From Laetmonice hystrix (lineage: Eukaryota), in contig OZ249436.1 of NCBI GenBank assembly GCA_965235115.1, positions 41,728,001 to 41,792,000 of the forward strand: a DNA stretch of 64,000 nt, in the 5' to 3' direction. The position numbers and the translations under genes were made by a program. This document shows, piece after piece, positions 34,041-64,000 of this stretch (position 1 is its first letter; every line of letters begins with the position of its first letter). Below the pieces are notes generated by a model. It made no database searches and was not told the origin of the DNA. It was given only the letters and a program-made list of their open reading frames with translations.

Positions 34041-36015
34041 CCGATTCCACTGATACAATCCATCTGCGATGCTCTGTACGATTTCTTTGCGTCGTTGTGA
34101 AAATCGTAGGATCGTCGTACGACCCTAAATCGCAGCTAAAATCGCCTTAGTACCAGACATAATGCAGTCCTAGCCTGGTTGTTACCTCTTGTAAGTTGGC
34201 TATCTCCTAGTGGGATTGGGGCTTGAATGTAGACCATTTGGTTGAAGGCCGGCGTGGACATGGGCCTTCAATCATGTGAACGTGCGTGCCTGTGCCCTGG
34301 AACAAGGCTGGCGATGCGAGGCCAAGATTTAGTGCCCAACGTCCTTGTTTGCCTTCAGCAGACGACCATGGTAAACGTTGTGATCGCGTGTCGCTAGGAG
34401 GCGCTCCCAAGGGTCACCTCGCGTGTCAAGTGAACGAGGATCGAGATTCATTAGCTCATTTGCAGATCAAACTCTGAAAAGAGCAGAGGATGGCCTGGGC
34501 TCTACGACTAGTGATTTAACATCTAACTAAATACTGGGGCCTGACATTGCGGTTGTAATGAGATCTTCAGGCTATGCCTAATCTGCCGTTCTGGATCACT
34601 ATAGGCCTATCCTGCGGTTTTAACATCGATTGGACCAATTAATCTTTTTCCGGGGAAATTGCTAATAAATTTAGGATGGTTAAGAAAGTACAATATTAAC
34701 ACATTAATCTACATTCTTCCTGAGTGTTAATCTTCTCGGAGAATTCTACACCGGCCAACAGCGGGATAATGAGAGGTGGCGAGACTCCCGAGAGAGTTTA
34801 ACGTCGTGTCGGCATCTAAAGGCCACTTTCACGGCGAAAACAGAGTTCGAATACTGAATAGTAAAAGGGGCAATTTTATGCCGGGCCACAACGGGAACTG
34901 CTGAAAGAAGCATAAAATACCTTGTTGACTAAGCTAGTGCTTAAGGTCTGACGCATTGTTAGCATTTAATAAGGCCGTCTACACAATGAAAAGAAGATCA
35001 AACCATCGTAAGATGGAGTTGCCATCACAGTATAATGCAGTAGATGCGGGACACACGATACAGGAAATCTCACTCGGGGCACTTCTCAGACGTTCTATTT
35101 GTAAATTAGGTGGATTATATTCTTGGGTTGCACGCATTGTTTACTAATTTCGAGTGACAGGTAATTACAGAGAATCTCGGAAGCCGTATATAAAATCCGC
35201 CTCTCACTTTCGGCGGCCTTTCCACCCTGTGTAAACTCACTTTGTAACTTAACAGTGTTGAGCTAACAGAGTCTTCCTCCACGTGTGTACGTCTCTGTCA
35301 TTGGTTTTCTTGGAAAAGTTGTATAAAGCCATAATTGCCTTAGTTCAGAGGGCTATCTCTAACACGGTTGTCGATAATATTAAGAAATAAATGGCACTAT
35401 AGATGACAAGTTTCCATCACTAAAAATATGTCCGTTGGAATACGAATAGCATACTTATCATTGAGTCCCCTTCACCCGGCAAACACACCCAATTCCTCAC
35501 CTGACTTCACACATACCTTTAAGTGTTGATTTTGAAGTGACCTTTTACAAGCATCAAAGTGTAGGAAATATTTAGCGGGCTTCCATTCCGGAATAAAAAA
35601 AAACACATTATTTTTATGGAGTATTGGGTGTGGGTGTTGGTGTGGGTGTGGGTGTGGGTGTGTGGTGCACGCGACTGTATTATAGACTGATGGTAAGAGG
35701 ATCTAGCCGAGCCAAGAATAGCCTTCCCTTGTCACCAATCCATGGCTTGTCAAATTATCAGATGTCACTTCGCTACGCATGTCATTCTCATCCAGGCTGA
35801 CTTCAACAGGTAATTTCCGACCAATATAATTAGCAAGTTCGTAGGTTTTCCTAACGGCTTCTGATGCATCACTTTGTATTGTGATGAAGCTTGCATTCTT
35901 TTTCTGCTTTTCGGCCTATTATTGCAGAGAAGGAAAATAAAAATGGGCATCAAAGTATTAATTTTAGTCAAATAACCGGCACACTGAAAAATGGATTATA
36001 CCACCGAGTAAAATA

Positions 36016-36194
36016 AATCGTCCAAAATGACTATAGCGTGCTAATGTTTCATAACGTTATTAAATAATCCGTGAGACGAATAAGTTTGCTGATTAATAAT
36101 TAATCTTTAATAATTAATCAGCCAACTTATTCGTCTCAGGGATTATTCAATAATGTTATGAAACATTAGACCGTTATAGTCATTTTGGACGATT
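36016..36194. repeat. AT-rich long palindrome (about 85-bp arms)
   Basis: AATCGTCCAAAATGACTATA... / ...TATAGTCATTTTGGACGATT with a very short loop. Confidence 0.8.
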
Positions 36195-37069
36195 ATTAAT
36201 TAATTATTGATTAGTCAATTATTGATTAATTATTGATTAATTTAGGCTAGTGTCCGTTATTTCTAAAGGTATACGAAACGAAACAGGGCCATCGAAAGAA
36301 GTTTTATGGAGATCAGCAGACTAGTGTACATAGGTCATCTTCTAATGTATATGAGTTCGAATCCGCATCGAAAGAGGAGAGAGGACTCAATTCAACTATT
36401 GAATTGACAAGATTCTTGCCCAGACGCCTGTCCATCACATACTAGAGAGGTGCCCCAAGCCTAACATCCGCCCCTGTCACCGCCCTCCTTGCCACAGATT
36501 GGGAGCTTTAAATATATTATGACCAACCAATATGGAGTTAGGGTTGAGACGCTCCCAAACTGTCAGCATCTCCATGATTCGGTAGATTCTATGCCATTGG
36601 AATACCTCTAACTGGAATCCAATATATCTGATTGACATGGCAATTATCTTACACCGACTCAGAATTTTTGATCTCAGGCTACAGCCTATCATATGGCTTT
36701 TATTATATTATTTCACAGTGATATACAGTGGTAGTACGAAATGTTGGAGAACATTATAGATTCGCAATGCTCATTATAGTTTCTCATACTGAGGATGTCG
36801 TATTGCTCTGCAGCTAAGCCATAGTGATTCATAGAATATCCCCACCGTATCTCTAATAGAAGAGACGGCCTCTTTGATTCATATGAGAGGGGCGGAACCG
36901 GTAAGCCCGAGATGGCTCCTAAATGACAATATCTGACGAGGAGAGATCCTTTCAATAAAGATGGCAGCAGGACCAAAGTAAAGATGATATATATAGTTCC
37001 GTCCCGATAACCCGCCCCAAGATTACGATCCGCCCCCACCCAATCACCCACCCCCAAACAGTTTTTTTT

Positions 37070-63963
<26,894 letters not shown>

Positions 63964-64000
63964 CTGAAGAACGGCAAAAGTAATTCAGTCTGAGAAGAAA

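Overview
Eukaryotic animal genomic DNA, intron-rich and dense in transposons; probably an invertebrate, but the taxon cannot be fixed from sequence alone. Three host genes lie on the minus strand: a galactose-3-O-sulfotransferase-family gene (604..3254, two coding exons), a 4-TM membrane protein with PPxY motifs (25674..26501), and the last 17 coding exons of a receptor guanylyl cyclase (37070..63963, 5' part outside the window). The outstanding feature is a complete, young Ty3/Gypsy LTR retroelement (5487..13562, minus). It has near-identical LTRs, an ATGT target-site duplication, PBS, PPT, intact gag and pol joined by a -1 frameshift signal, and an intact F-type env, so it is organised like an endogenous retrovirus (errantivirus). 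It also carries an extra small ORF between the PBS and gag that could be expressed by splicing from an ATG and donor in the LTR. Four guanylyl cyclase exons have tandem arrays anchored on their own splice junctions. Many MITEs with recognisable TIRs and TSDs fill the rest. All coordinates were read by hand and no database searches were run.
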